Shown in pieces: positions 1 through 8,598 of a DNA stretch of 32,000 nucleotides. The DNA comes from Aeropyrum pernix K1. Its GTDB lineage: Archaea; Thermoproteota; Thermoprotei_A; Sulfolobales; Acidilobaceae. The stretch covers positions 450,001 to 482,000 of the forward strand of contig NC_000854.2 of NCBI RefSeq assembly GCF_000011125.1, written 5' to 3'. Below the pieces are notes generated by a model. That model was not told the origin of the DNA. It worked only from the letters and a program-made list of their open reading frames with translations, and did not search any database. The translations under genes were made by a program, and so were the position numbers. Within the stretch, counting starts at the first letter, position 1, and every line of letters begins with the position of its first letter.

Positions 1-6
1 GGACGG

Positions 7-2067
7 GTGTTGCTGCTGCCCAGGATGCTGGAGGAGGTGGTGTTAGCGGTCCCCGCCAGGGATTACGACAGGGTTGTGGCGGGGCTGGCAGTTGAGGGTA
101 TATTCCACGTCGACTCGCCGCCCCAGGGCGTCAAGGGGGAGGTGGACAGGAGCTACAGGGCCCTGCTGACCCAGGCTTCCGAGAGGTCCTCGAGGATAAG
201 GCAGTATTTCGACCTAGCGGGGGTGGAGCCCTACAGGGTGTCGGGGGTAGAGATAGAGGTTGGAGGGTGGGGCGAGAGCTGGAAGAGGTATCTAGAGAAG
301 TACTCCGGGGTGGAGAAGTTCTACTCTGGCCTCCTTGAGGAGTACTCCGAGGCCGAGGCCAGGCTTAAGGAGCTTCTCGACATCGAGGCCAGGATAGCCC
401 CTGTGGCGCATTTAGATGTTGATATAGCCAGGCTCTACAGGTCGGGGGCCTTCGACTTCGCAGTCTACTACGGGAGCTACTCTGAGGGGCTGGAGTCTAG
501 GGTCGGCGAGATAGTGTCGAGGGTCGGCGGGCTCGCCGCCGTGGAGGCCTCGGGCGGCTCTGTGGTCGTCGCTGTTGCGGTTCCGAAGGGCGCTCTGTCA
601 AAAATATCCCCCGAGATTCTCAGGCTGAACCTCTCGATATACACCCCCCCAGAGGGGGTTCCGGGGAGCCCGAGGGAGGCTATGGAGTACATTAGGGGGG
701 AGAAGGCTAGGCTGGGTAGGAGGCTGGTTAGCATACAGGAGATGGCCTCCGAGAGGCTCGGCGAGCTGGCCGAGTTCTACACCGTCGTCACTGCGTTCGA
801 AAACATCTTCAAGTTCTTAGTGTCGACCCTCCGGAGGGGTGAGACCAGGATAGTCAGGGGGTTTGTAGACGTCCGCGACTCTGGGAGGCTCAGGAGCATA
901 GTGGATAGGATGACGCGGGGCAGCTACGTCCTCCTCAGCCTCGGCGTCAGGAGGGGCGGCGAGGCCCCAATCCCCAGCAAGGTGGACCTCCCCCAGTTCC
1001 TCAAACCCTTCTCCAGGGTTGTGGAGCTCTACGGGTATCCAGAGCCGAACGAGATAGTACCCACGGTGTTCCTCGCGATAACCCTACCCCTGACATTCGC
1101 CTTGATGTTCCCCGACGCAGGCCAGGGCCTCCTCGTACTCCTATTCTCGCTATTCTACCTGAGGAGGGTGAGCAGGGACTGGGCGTACGTGATAGCCGTT
1201 ATGGGGGGTGCGAGCGTAGTCTCGGGCCTGCTGGCGGGCGAGGTGTTCGGCCCTCTCGTGTCTAAGATGCTAGGTCTGCCGGAGCTGTGGTACAGGCTGG
1301 GTCTCGAGACGCCGCCCTACGCCATGCCGACGTACGCCATAGACCACGGTGAGGAGGAGCTTGTGCCTGTACTCGTCTATAGGGCGTTGAACGTCAGCCT
1401 CTTCATGGGCGCCTTCATGCTGAGCTTCGGAACTTTTCTCGGCGTTGTGAACGGGGTTATAAAGAGGGACTGGGTCGGCCTGGTGGAGTCTAGGCTGCCG
1501 AGGTTCCTCCTGTTCGCCTCGATAACAGGACCCTTCCTAGTCTACATGGACGCGGGGGAGGCTGGATCAGTCTTAAGGCAGGCCCTCCTAGAGCTGGGGG
1601 GCGACAGCATAGCGGCTAAGCTGGTTCTAGCCGGCTCTGTGCTCGGCCTGGCCTGGATGCTGCTGGCAGGCCCCATAATCTACATGCTCGAGGGCCACAG
1701 CCCCCTGGCAGGCCTAGCCAACAGCTTCCTGGAGGCCTACGAGTCTCTGCTCATGCTGGTGGGCAACATACCCAGCTTCCTCAGGATTATGGCCCTAGCC
1801 CTCGCCCACTCCAGCCTGATGTTCGTCATCTACTACCTAACAGTCATGATAATGCAGGGCGGCATACTGGCCGACGTTGTGGGTGCCCTCCTGTACGTGG
1901 GAGGCAACCTCGCCGTGGCTGCTATGGAGGGGCTGCTGGCGTTCGCCCACGCCTCGAGGCTGCACTTCTACGAGTGGTTCAGCAAGTTCTACAGCGGCAC
2001 CGGCGTTCCATATACTCCCATCAAGGTCGAGGGTGTAAGGATAAAAATAGCGGGCCAGACCTTTTAG
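7..2067 (+). CDS. atpI: A/V-type ATP synthase subunit I (membrane a-subunit homologue)
   Basis: 686-aa ORF with a soluble N-terminal half followed by multiple hydrophobic helices. The C-terminal block LRIMALALAHSSLMF...ASRLHFYEWFSKFY is the conserved Arg-containing channel region of subunit I/a. The GTG start is only 6 nt from the window edge, so the true start could lie upstream. Confidence 0.85.
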   Translation: MLLLPRMLEEVVLAVPARDYDRVVAGLAVEGIFHVDSPPQGVKGEVDRSYRALLTQASERSSRIRQYFDLAGVEPYRVSGVEIEVGGWGESWKRYLEKYSGVEKFYSGLLEEYSEAEARLKELLDIEARIAPVAHLDVDIARLYRSGAFDFAVYYGSYSEGLESRVGEIVSRVGGLAAVEASGGSVVVAVAVPKGALSKISPEILRLNLSIYTPPEGVPGSPREAMEYIRGEKARLGRRLVSIQEMASERLGELAEFYTVVTAFENIFKFLVSTLRRGETRIVRGFVDVRDSGRLRSIVDRMTRGSYVLLSLGVRRGGEAPIPSKVDLPQFLKPFSRVVELYGYPEPNEIVPTVFLAITLPLTFALMFPDAGQGLLVLLFSLFYLRRVSRDWAYVIAVMGGASVVSGLLAGEVFGPLVSKMLGLPELWYRLGLETPPYAMPTYAIDHGEEELVPVLVYRALNVSLFMGAFMLSFGTFLGVVNGVIKRDWVGLVESRLPRFLLFASITGPFLVYMDAGEAGSVLRQALLELGGDSIAAKLVLAGSVLGLAWMLLAGPIIYMLEGHSPLAGLANSFLEAYESLLMLVGNIPSFLRIMALALAHSSLMFVIYYLTVMIMQGGILADVVGALLYVGGNLAVAAMEGLLAFAHASRLHFYEWFSKFYSGTGVPYTPIKVEGVRIKIAGQTF

Positions 2068-2070
2068 ACG

Positions 2071-3288
2071 GTGCTCACCCCCTTGGCGGGAGGTTATAAC
2101 AGGAGGGTAGACCTCATAACCGGCAGCCCGACGCGGAAGATAGATGCCGTGAGGGAGAGGCTGGCCCGGGAGGGCAGGGACGTCATACTGCTCTCCACGG
2201 GCCAGCCCGGCTTCCTCCCACCCACGTTCCTTAGGGAGAGGCTGGCCCAAGCCCTCCTCGACGAGGGGTTTAAGAGGCTTTACTCCTACACCCCGACCCC
2301 CGGGTACGCCGACGTTAGGGAGGCGATAGCCGAGGACCTCGCAGCACTAGGCGGCCCTAGGATGGAGCCCGACGACATACTTGTCACCGCGGGCGGGCAG
2401 GAGGCTATGTTCGCAACCCTCTCCACAATACTGGAGCCGGGGGACAAGGTTATATTGATGGACCCGACCTACTTCGGCTACAGACCCATAGTCGAGTACC
2501 TGGGAGGGAGGGTGGAGTGGGTCAGGGCACCCCCCTCCCTGGGGTTCCAGCCCGACGAGGAGAGGCTTAAGGAGGCGTTCACCAGGGACGTCAAGGCAGT
2601 TGTGCTTGTCTCGCCTGACAACCCCACAGGAAGGCTACTCTCCACAGAGTCTGCGAAGCTTGTCGCCGACCTCGCGGTGGACACGGGGGCGTGGATAGTC
2701 TATGACGAGGCCTACAAGACGCTGGTTTTCGAGGGCGAGCACGTCTACCTCTACAAACTCGCACCGGACAACACTATATCCATAAACACTTTCAGCAAAG
2801 ACCCGGGGTTCCCCGGCTGGAGGCTGGGCTACCTCTACGGGCCCGGATGGATAGTCGGGAAGATTAGGCTAGTGTCGGAGGAGCTGGTGTACTGCCCCCC
2901 CAGCATAGCGCAGGTGGCGGCCAAAATATACCTGGAGGATAGGGAGGGGAGGCTCAGGCACCTGGAGTACGCCAGGGAGTTCCTGAAGACGAGGATGGAG
3001 GCCATGGCGGGTGCTCTAGAGGAGATGCTGCCGGAGGCAGTGTTCGCGAGGCCCGGCGGCTCCATGTTCATAACAGTAGACCTCTCAAGCTACCTCTCGA
3101 AAGCCTCTATAACGTCTGAGGACCTCTCTGTAAAGCTCCTAGACGAGGAGTCGGTGGCCACGGTGCCAGGCCGCTACTTCGGCCCCAGCGGCGACACAAT
3201 GCTCAGGCTGAGCTTCGCCACCGAAACCCCGGAGAGGATAAGGGAGGGTATAGGGAGGCTGGCTAGGCTGCTGGAGAGGCTGGCTTGA
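2071..3288 (+). CDS. PLP-dependent aminotransferase, class I/II (aspartate/aromatic aminotransferase-like)
   Basis: 405-aa ORF starting with GTG 3 nt after the atpI stop. Fold-type I signatures are present: TAGGQEA, YDEAY, NTFSKDPGFPGWRLGY (Schiff-base Lys) and a C-terminal RLSF Arg. Confidence 0.85.
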   Translation: MLTPLAGGYNRRVDLITGSPTRKIDAVRERLAREGRDVILLSTGQPGFLPPTFLRERLAQALLDEGFKRLYSYTPTPGYADVREAIAEDLAALGGPRMEPDDILVTAGGQEAMFATLSTILEPGDKVILMDPTYFGYRPIVEYLGGRVEWVRAPPSLGFQPDEERLKEAFTRDVKAVVLVSPDNPTGRLLSTESAKLVADLAVDTGAWIVYDEAYKTLVFEGEHVYLYKLAPDNTISINTFSKDPGFPGWRLGYLYGPGWIVGKIRLVSEELVYCPPSIAQVAAKIYLEDREGRLRHLEYAREFLKTRMEAMAGALEEMLPEAVFARPGGSMFITVDLSSYLSKASITSEDLSVKLLDEESVATVPGRYFGPSGDTMLRLSFATETPERIREGIGRLARLLERLA

Positions 3289-3317
3289 AAGCCCTCCACC
3301 CCCCCGGGTTGCCTAGG

Positions 3318-3671
3318 CTAGCATACTCTACTACCAGGCTCCACCGGCTCGCTGACAGTCAGCAGCACAGGCTTCTCGCTGTCGCCGCATGGGGCTGCCA
3401 GCACCATCCCCTGGCTAACCTCACCCGCCATCCTCTTCGGCTGCAGGTTGGCAACAACTATGACAAGCCTGCCCACAAGCTCCTCGGGGGAGTACCACTT
3501 TGCTATGCCGGCGAGGACCTGCCTCTCCTCCCCCCCAATATCCACTATAAGCTTGAGCAGTTTCTTGCTGTGTGGGAGCCTCTCAGCCTTGACAACCCTC
3601 CCCACCCGCAGGTCAACCTTAGCAAAATCCTCTATACCGATAAGACCTGCCTCCCCTCCGCTTGCCAACAC
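3318..3671 (-). CDS. tRNA-binding domain protein (Trbp111/CsaA/MetRS C-terminal-like OB fold)
   Basis: 117-aa ORF with GTG start. DFAKVDLRVGRVVKAE...KLLKLIVDIGGEERQVLAGIAKWYSPEELVGRLVIVVANLQPKRMAGEVSQGMVLAA is the typical EMAP/Trbp111 tRNA-binding domain pattern. Confidence 0.85.
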   Translation of the reverse strand: MLASGGEAGLIGIEDFAKVDLRVGRVVKAERLPHSKKLLKLIVDIGGEERQVLAGIAKWYSPEELVGRLVIVVANLQPKRMAGEVSQGMVLAAPCGDSEKPVLLTVSEPVEPGSRVC

Positions 3672-3775
3672 GCTTCACCACGCTGAAATATCCCTCCGGG
3701 AGGATAAAGAATCTAATTCCCGGGGTGACGACCCCAGGCGACACTGAACACCCCCGGAAGGGAGCCTGGGGGTGT

Positions 3776-3792
3776 TGTGAGGAGTTCAGCCT
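3776..3792 (+). repeat. Copy A of the exact 17-nt intergenic repeat TGTGAGGAGTTCAGCCT
   Basis: Read directly from the sequence. An identical 17-mer lies at 26364-26380 and both copies are intergenic. Confidence 0.9.
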
Positions 3793-3814
3793 TGTCCGAC
3801 CCTTTAGGGGGGTT

Positions 3815-4639
3815 TCAACTTATATCTTCGAGGGGCTCTTTTGCGTGAACTACGTGCTCCTCGCCTGGGAACCTGCCGTTTCTCACGTCTTCGGCGTATC
3901 TTGTGACAGCCTCCACCATTATCCTCCTGGCGTCGACATACTTTTTGGCGAAGGGTGGTGTGTGTCGTGAGAGGCCTACTATATCGTGGAACACTATTAT
4001 CTGGCCGTCACACCTCCTACCGCTGCCTATGCATATCGTCGGCACCGGCACCCTCCTGGTAACCATTTCTGCTGCCTCCTCGGATACGAACTCCAGCACT
4101 ATGCTGAAGACGCCCGCCTCGACGAGGGACTCTGCGTCTAGGAGCAGCCTGCGGGCCTCATCCCTCCCCCGGGCCCTGGGCCTGTAGCCTCCTATCCTCA
4201 TGGCCCTCTGGGGGGTTAGGCCGAGGTGGCCCATCACCGGTATCCCGGCGTCTACTATGGCCTTCACCCTGTCGGCGTACTCGCTACCGCCCTCGAGCTT
4301 CACAGCCTCTGCCCCCACTCTCGCGAGAGCCACGGCACTCTCTACAGCGGCGCTTGAGCTGGGCTCGTAGCTGCCGAAGGGCATGTCGGCCACTATCAAA
4401 GGCCTCTTGGCCGCTCTCGCAACAGCTGCGGTGTGTCTAACCATATCATCCAGCGTTACCTGGAGGGTTGAGGGGTAGCCCAGGACTACCATCCCCAGGC
4501 TGTCGCCGACCAGTATAACGTCCACCCCCGCCTCATCCGCTATCCAGGCTGTCGGGTAGTCGTAGGCGGTCACAGCCACTATCGGCCTCGACCCCTTCAT
4601 CTTCAATATCCTCCTAGCTGTAACCTTATCCCCTGGCAT
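3815..4639 (-). CDS. panB: 3-methyl-2-oxobutanoate hydroxymethyltransferase (ketopantoate hydroxymethyltransferase)
   Basis: 274-aa ORF with the PanB hallmarks VTAYDYPTA, VGDSLGMVVLGY, ADMPFGSY, KLEGG and HLGLTPQ. Confidence 0.9.
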   Translation of the reverse strand: MPGDKVTARRILKMKGSRPIVAVTAYDYPTAWIADEAGVDVILVGDSLGMVVLGYPSTLQVTLDDMVRHTAAVARAAKRPLIVADMPFGSYEPSSSAAVESAVALARVGAEAVKLEGGSEYADRVKAIVDAGIPVMGHLGLTPQRAMRIGGYRPRARGRDEARRLLLDAESLVEAGVFSIVLEFVSEEAAEMVTRRVPVPTICIGSGRRCDGQIIVFHDIVGLSRHTPPFAKKYVDARRIMVEAVTRYAEDVRNGRFPGEEHVVHAKEPLEDIS

Positions 4640-4660
4640 GAAGCCTACACCCTATCCAGG

Positions 4661-5623
4661 CTAGTTGGGTGTCGTGGGGTTTAGCCGTTCCATGGAGCCG
4701 CATTTGAGCGCGAAGAGAGCCTGGAGTAGGCTGTAGAGCGCCTCAACAGTGGGCGCCCCAACCCCCAGCCTCGACGCCTCCTCAACGACGCGCCCGGCGA
4801 TGTATGGGGCCTCGCTCCTCCTACACCTCCTCAGGTCCTGCAGGGTAGACGACTCGTTATCGTAGGTCTGGAGCGCCACGAGCCTCGTGTACTCCACCGG
4901 GTCCTCCGGGAGACTGTAGCCAAGCATGGAGGCCACCAGCCCGACCTCGGAGGCAGCCCTCGACGCCAGCCTCCACGCCTCCCTGCTCTCTACAACAAAC
5001 CCGTTCCTCGAGCCGAGTATGGTGGTGACCAGGTTTATCGCCGAGTTCGCCGCAGCCTTCAGCCACCTCCACGCCTCTATGTCTCCCGCCAGGAGTGCGG
5101 GCGCCCCGCCCCTCCGGAGTATCTCGAATGATTCGAAAGCGGCGCCGCTGACCCCGCCTCTAGACCCTACTATAAGCCTGCCTAACCCTGCGACCCGCGC
5201 CAGCCCTGGCTCGAGAGAGGCTACCCCGCTCTCCACAACTATAGCCGCGGCATCTACACCCAGATCCAAAGCCTTCTCATAACCCCCCCACCCGTTGCCC
5301 GCGACGGCGACCATCTCGGAGAACTCCGCTGCAGCCTCCACAGCGGCCGCGGCGTCGTAGGCCTTCACAGATATGAAGGAGAGCCTACACCCCCGGGGCG
5401 GTGTACCCACGTAGGGCTCCAGAGGCACATAGGCGTCTACGACGCCGTAGAGCCTGAGACCCGCCTGGAGCCTCATTGCCTGAGACCGCCTTCTAACCAC
5501 TGCTATAGGCGTATCGCCTGTCCCCCGGTAAACATAGTATGCCAGTAGGCTCCCCACGCCACCCAGCCCGACTATACAGTAGGCTCCCACACCGCCTACC
5601 CCGAGGCCCGGCCTGACCTGCAC
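4661..5623 (-). CDS. panE: 2-dehydropantoate 2-reductase (ketopantoate reductase, ApbA/PanE family)
   Basis: 320-aa ORF with an N-terminal Rossmann GxGxxG (IVGLGGVGSLLA). It has the ApbA-type two-domain length and lies directly upstream of panB on the same strand (21-nt gap). Confidence 0.7.
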   Translation of the reverse strand: MQVRPGLGVGGVGAYCIVGLGGVGSLLAYYVYRGTGDTPIAVVRRRSQAMRLQAGLRLYGVVDAYVPLEPYVGTPPRGCRLSFISVKAYDAAAAVEAAAEFSEMVAVAGNGWGGYEKALDLGVDAAAIVVESGVASLEPGLARVAGLGRLIVGSRGGVSGAAFESFEILRRGGAPALLAGDIEAWRWLKAAANSAINLVTTILGSRNGFVVESREAWRLASRAASEVGLVASMLGYSLPEDPVEYTRLVALQTYDNESSTLQDLRRCRRSEAPYIAGRVVEEASRLGVGAPTVEALYSLLQALFALKCGSMERLNPTTPN

Positions 5624-5650
5624 TTACCTTGCCTGGGAGGAGGTGTTGTA

Positions 5651-5727
5651 TGGTGGACCGGCCGGGATTTGAACCCGGGGCCTCCCGGATGCCAACCGGG
5701 CGCTCTTCCAGGCTGAGCTACCGGCCC
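5651..5727 (-). tRNA. tRNA-Ala (anticodon GGC), CCA encoded
   Basis: Reverse complement folds as a cloverleaf: GGGCCGG-TA-GCTC-AGCCTGGAA-GAGC-G-CCCGG-TTGGCAT-CCGGG-AGGCC-CCGGG-TTCAAAT-CCCGG-CCGGTCC-A-CCA. The G3:U70 alanine identity pair is present and there is no intron. Confidence 0.92.
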
Positions 5728-5731
5728 ACAC

Positions 5732-5754
5732 CCGCGCCTCCGCTGGAGGCGCGG
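5732..5754. repeat. Perfect 10-bp GC-rich inverted repeat with a 3-nt loop, 4 nt upstream of the tRNA-Ala 5' end
   Basis: CCGCGCCTCC-GCT-GGAGGCGCGG read directly. Function unknown. Confidence 0.9.
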
Positions 5755-5854
5755 CGCCCCAGGATACCTATCATATCTTTTTGAAGAGGTTTTAAGGATT
5801 AGGCCTTCCCTAGGCTGGAGGGTGGCCGTAAAACCCCTGGGGGCTCTCTAGTTT

Positions 5855-6316
5855 TTGAGGTGGACGGTCTTGCCGGGGGCGGTGCACTCTCTGAGGGGTA
5901 CTGTGTTCTGGAGCGAGACTGACGCGGCGCAGATAGCCCATTTCAGCACTTTCTTCAAGATATGTGAGTGGGCTGAAGAGGACTTTTTCAGGAGGGCGCT
6001 GGGGGACGAGGCTTTCCACGGCGTCCTCGAGTCTAACGTCATGTTCCCCAGGGTTAGGGCTGAGTGCACCTACCACTACCCATTGCACGTCCACGATGAC
6101 TTCAGGGTTGATATAGTGGACGTGGTTATAGGGGTTAAGAGCATAACGTACACCTTCAAGGTGTGGAACGAGACCCACTCGACCCTCTCGGCGGAGTGCA
6201 GGCTGGTGACGGTGGCTGTCGACCCGAGGGGGTTCAAGTCCGTAGAGGTTCCTGGCTACATAAGGGAGAGGCTGCTGGAGGCTGGGGCCCGCCGGGCTGA
6301 GAGTGGAGGGCGGTAG
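5855..6316 (+). CDS. Acyl-CoA thioesterase, 4HBT/YbgC-like hotdog fold
   Basis: 153-aa ORF. VFWSETDAAQIAHFSTFFKICEWAEEDFFR matches the hotdog thioesterase N-terminal catalytic Asp region. The start is uncertain: TTG at 5855 or GTG near 5882. Confidence 0.65.
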   Translation: MRWTVLPGAVHSLRGTVFWSETDAAQIAHFSTFFKICEWAEEDFFRRALGDEAFHGVLESNVMFPRVRAECTYHYPLHVHDDFRVDIVDVVIGVKSITYTFKVWNETHSTLSAECRLVTVAVDPRGFKSVEVPGYIRERLLEAGARRAESGGR

Positions 6317-6384
6317 AGGGTTCGTCGGCCAACCTCTTTAACCTCCCAAAGACTATACTCTATTGCCAGTGGGGATGCCGCGGG

Positions 6385-6681
6385 TTGCCTGCGCCTCTCA
6401 GAAAGGTTGTCCTCGACGTGCTGAAGCCCATAAGGGGCCCCTCCATAATTGATGTGAGCAGGGAGGTGGCCGCCCTCCCCGGGATAGAGGGTGTGAACAT
6501 TACTGTAAAGGAGATAGATGTCGAGACTGTAACGCTAACCATGACTATAGAGGGTAGCGACATAGACTATGGCTCTGTGGAGAAGAAGCTGGAGGAGCTG
6601 GGGTGCATAGTCCACAGCATAGACCAGGCTGTAGCCGGTAAGAAAATAGTGGAGCAGGAGGAGGTGGAGCAGGGGGAGTAG
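6385..6681 (+). CDS. DUF211-family small protein (COG1888-like)
   Basis: 98-aa ORF with TTG start. LRKVVLDVLKP...GVNITVKEIDVETVTLTMTIEG.DIDY..VEKKLEELG..VHSIDQ resembles the archaeal DUF211 pattern, recalled from memory. Confidence 0.6.
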   Translation: MPAPLRKVVLDVLKPIRGPSIIDVSREVAALPGIEGVNITVKEIDVETVTLTMTIEGSDIDYGSVEKKLEELGCIVHSIDQAVAGKKIVEQEEVEQGE

Positions 6682-6707
6682 GGGGCCCGCTGCAGCAGGG
6701 AGACTCC

Positions 6708-7094
6708 TCACTCCTCCAACTCTATCTCGACAGGTGTTTCCCCCTCTAGCGTCCACGCCTTAACCTCTCCTGGGCAGGCTATTAGCCAGACCCCGGGCCA
6801 CCTCTTCATCCCCTCCACATCCTTCCCGCTCGGGCTTGGAGGGCAGGTTGTGTGGGTGTGGTAGACTCCGACAACCTCCAGCCCCAGCTTCTCCGCCGCC
6901 CTGTGTGCCTGGACCACCTGCCAGGGGTCTGACTCGAACTCCTCCGGGCTCTGCTTCAGATTGTCCGTCCTGTAGAGTATGTAGGCGTAGACGGTGTCCC
7001 CCCTCCTGGCGCCTATCACCAGGCCGGCCTCCTCGTTATGGGCTAGCGCCATCAGCTTGAGGACCTGCCTCAACGGCCCTATGCTAGCCTTCAA
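6708..7094 (-). CDS. Minimal JAMM/MPN+ metalloprotease domain protein
   Basis: 128-aa ORF with an upstream Glu (AHNEEAG) and the complete JAMM motif HTHTTCPPSPSGKD (H-x-H-x7-S-x2-D). Confidence 0.8.
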   Translation of the reverse strand: MKASIGPLRQVLKLMALAHNEEAGLVIGARRGDTVYAYILYRTDNLKQSPEEFESDPWQVVQAHRAAEKLGLEVVGVYHTHTTCPPSPSGKDVEGMKRWPGVWLIACPGEVKAWTLEGETPVEIELEE

Positions 7095-7635
7095 GGCTGA
7101 CCAGCCTCGCCTCCATGGACTCCAGGTCTAGTATTGCTGCCGAGGGCTTTTCTAGGGAGCCTCCCCCGTCGCCGGGGTTTAAGACTAGGGAGCCTCCCAC
7201 CCTCTCAACCCTAGCCTTATGCGTGTGGCCGTAGAGAACTGCGTCCCACCTGCCGCTCGAGGCTAGGGCGTCGACCAGCTCTACAGTGTTCTCCGGCGAC
7301 CCGAAGCCGTGGAGCAGAAGGAGCCTCCTACCGCCTATGGAGACCGTGGCCGGGGGGTCGAGGAGAGAGGCTCCAAAACCCCCTGCAACCCTCGAAAGCC
7401 CCAGCCTCTCGCCATCGTTGTTGCCGAACACCCCGTAGAACACGGCCTTACCGCCGACTACCCCTAGGAGCTCTGCCAGTGTGAAGGGCGCCACGTAGTC
7501 TCCGAGGTGTATCACAGCCTCAACCCTCTCGCGGGCGAAGATCTCCCCCGCCCTCCTGGCTAGGGCCAGGTTATCGTGGGTATCGCTGATAACCCCCACA
7601 AGCAAGGACGGCGCACCCACAATCCTAACTCGCAC
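7084..7635 (-). CDS. Metallophosphoesterase, MJ0936/YfcE family phosphodiesterase
   Basis: 183-aa ORF with all calcineurin-like motifs in order: SDTHDN, GDYV, GNNDGE, LLHGF, GHTH. Its 3' end overlaps the JAMM gene start by 11 nt. Confidence 0.85.
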   Translation of the reverse strand: MRVRIVGAPSLLVGVISDTHDNLALARRAGEIFARERVEAVIHLGDYVAPFTLAELLGVVGGKAVFYGVFGNNDGERLGLSRVAGGFGASLLDPPATVSIGGRRLLLLHGFGSPENTVELVDALASSGRWDAVLYGHTHKARVERVGGSLVLNPGDGGGSLEKPSAAILDLESMEARLVSLEG

Positions 7636-7694
7636 AGGGGGCTCGGATTAATTTGATCCCACTGCAGCTAGGATCCCGTGGAGGTGGATGATAT

Positions 7695-7901
7695 TTGGAG
7701 GGTCTGAAGAACCTGGTGGTGGAGGATCTTTCGAAGCTCTGGATAGAGTACGACAGGAACACGGACACCCTCTACATAAACTTCGGCGAGGGGGAGCCTG
7801 ACGAGAGCGTGCTTATAGGGGATAATGTGATTGCTAACATTAGGGAGGGGAGGCTGATTAGCATTATAGTGACCGACTTCTCGAGGCTGGCGGGCCTTTA
7901 G
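7695..7901 (+). CDS. DUF2283-like small protein
   Basis: 68-aa ORF. IEYDRNTDTLYINFGEGEPDESV resembles the YD.E.D.LYI.F signature of DUF2283. The longer antisense ORF at 7668-7946 has a Pro/Leu-rich shadow composition. Confidence 0.55.
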   Translation: MEGLKNLVVEDLSKLWIEYDRNTDTLYINFGEGEPDESVLIGDNVIANIREGRLISIIVTDFSRLAGL

Positions 7902-7929
7902 GGGGCCCCAGGGGCCGGGTGGAGGGGCT

Positions 7930-8598
7930 ATGGCCAGGGGTATCAAGCTTGTAATATTCGACGTTGACGGCGTCCTCGTCGAGGTTAAGAGCAGCTGGGG
8001 GTATATCCACAGGAGGCTGGGGGTTGAGGAGGAGGCTATGAAGGTTAAGGAGATGTTCGAGAGGGGCTCTATAGACTATATAGAGTGGATGCGGCTCGAC
8101 ACGGAGCTCTGGATAAGGGCCTCGGGGGGCAGGCTGCATAGGAGCAGGCTCATGGAGATAGTGGGGGAGATCCCTGTCAGGAAGGAGGCTTTCGAGGCTG
8201 TGAGGATGCTCCGCCGCATGGGGCTTAGGATAGGGCTTGTCAGCAGCGGTATAGACCTGCTTGTGAGGCGTGTAGCGGCTGAGATAGGGGCCGACGCGTG
8301 GGCCTCCAACAGGCTGTTATTCGACAAGAACGGCTTCCTGCAGCCCGGCGGCTCGCCCCTGGTAGGTGTTGACAAGCGGGGTGCCGTCACTAGGATGGCA
8401 TACGAGCTCGGGGCCAGTCTTGAGGAGGTTGCCTACGTGGGCGACAGCAGGTGGGACGCTAGCGCGATGAGCATAGTGGGCCTCCCCATAGCCTATAACG
8501 ATGGGGGGGAGCTTGACGGGGTGGCCAGGGCTAGGGTTGATAGCCTTCTGGATGTGCCGAGGGTGGTGGCGGAGTGGGGAAGGGCGAGGGCGAGGTAG
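7930..8598 (+). CDS. HAD-superfamily hydrolase, subfamily IB (phosphoserine phosphatase-like)
   Basis: 222-aa ORF with HAD motif I (VIFDVDGVLV), motif II (LVSSG) and motifs III/IV (K...GDSRWD). Confidence 0.8.
   Translation: MARGIKLVIFDVDGVLVEVKSSWGYIHRRLGVEEEAMKVKEMFERGSIDYIEWMRLDTELWIRASGGRLHRSRLMEIVGEIPVRKEAFEAVRMLRRMGLRIGLVSSGIDLLVRRVAAEIGADAWASNRLLFDKNGFLQPGGSPLVGVDKRGAVTRMAYELGASLEEVAYVGDSRWDASAMSIVGLPIAYNDGGELDGVARARVDSLLDVPRVVAEWGRARAR

Noticed and set aside
3662-3970. 102-aa + strand ORF that spans copy A of the 17-nt repeat
   Set aside because: It is mostly antisense to panB, has no start context and an odd composition. Copy B of the repeat is not in any ORF, so the repeat is unlikely to be coding.
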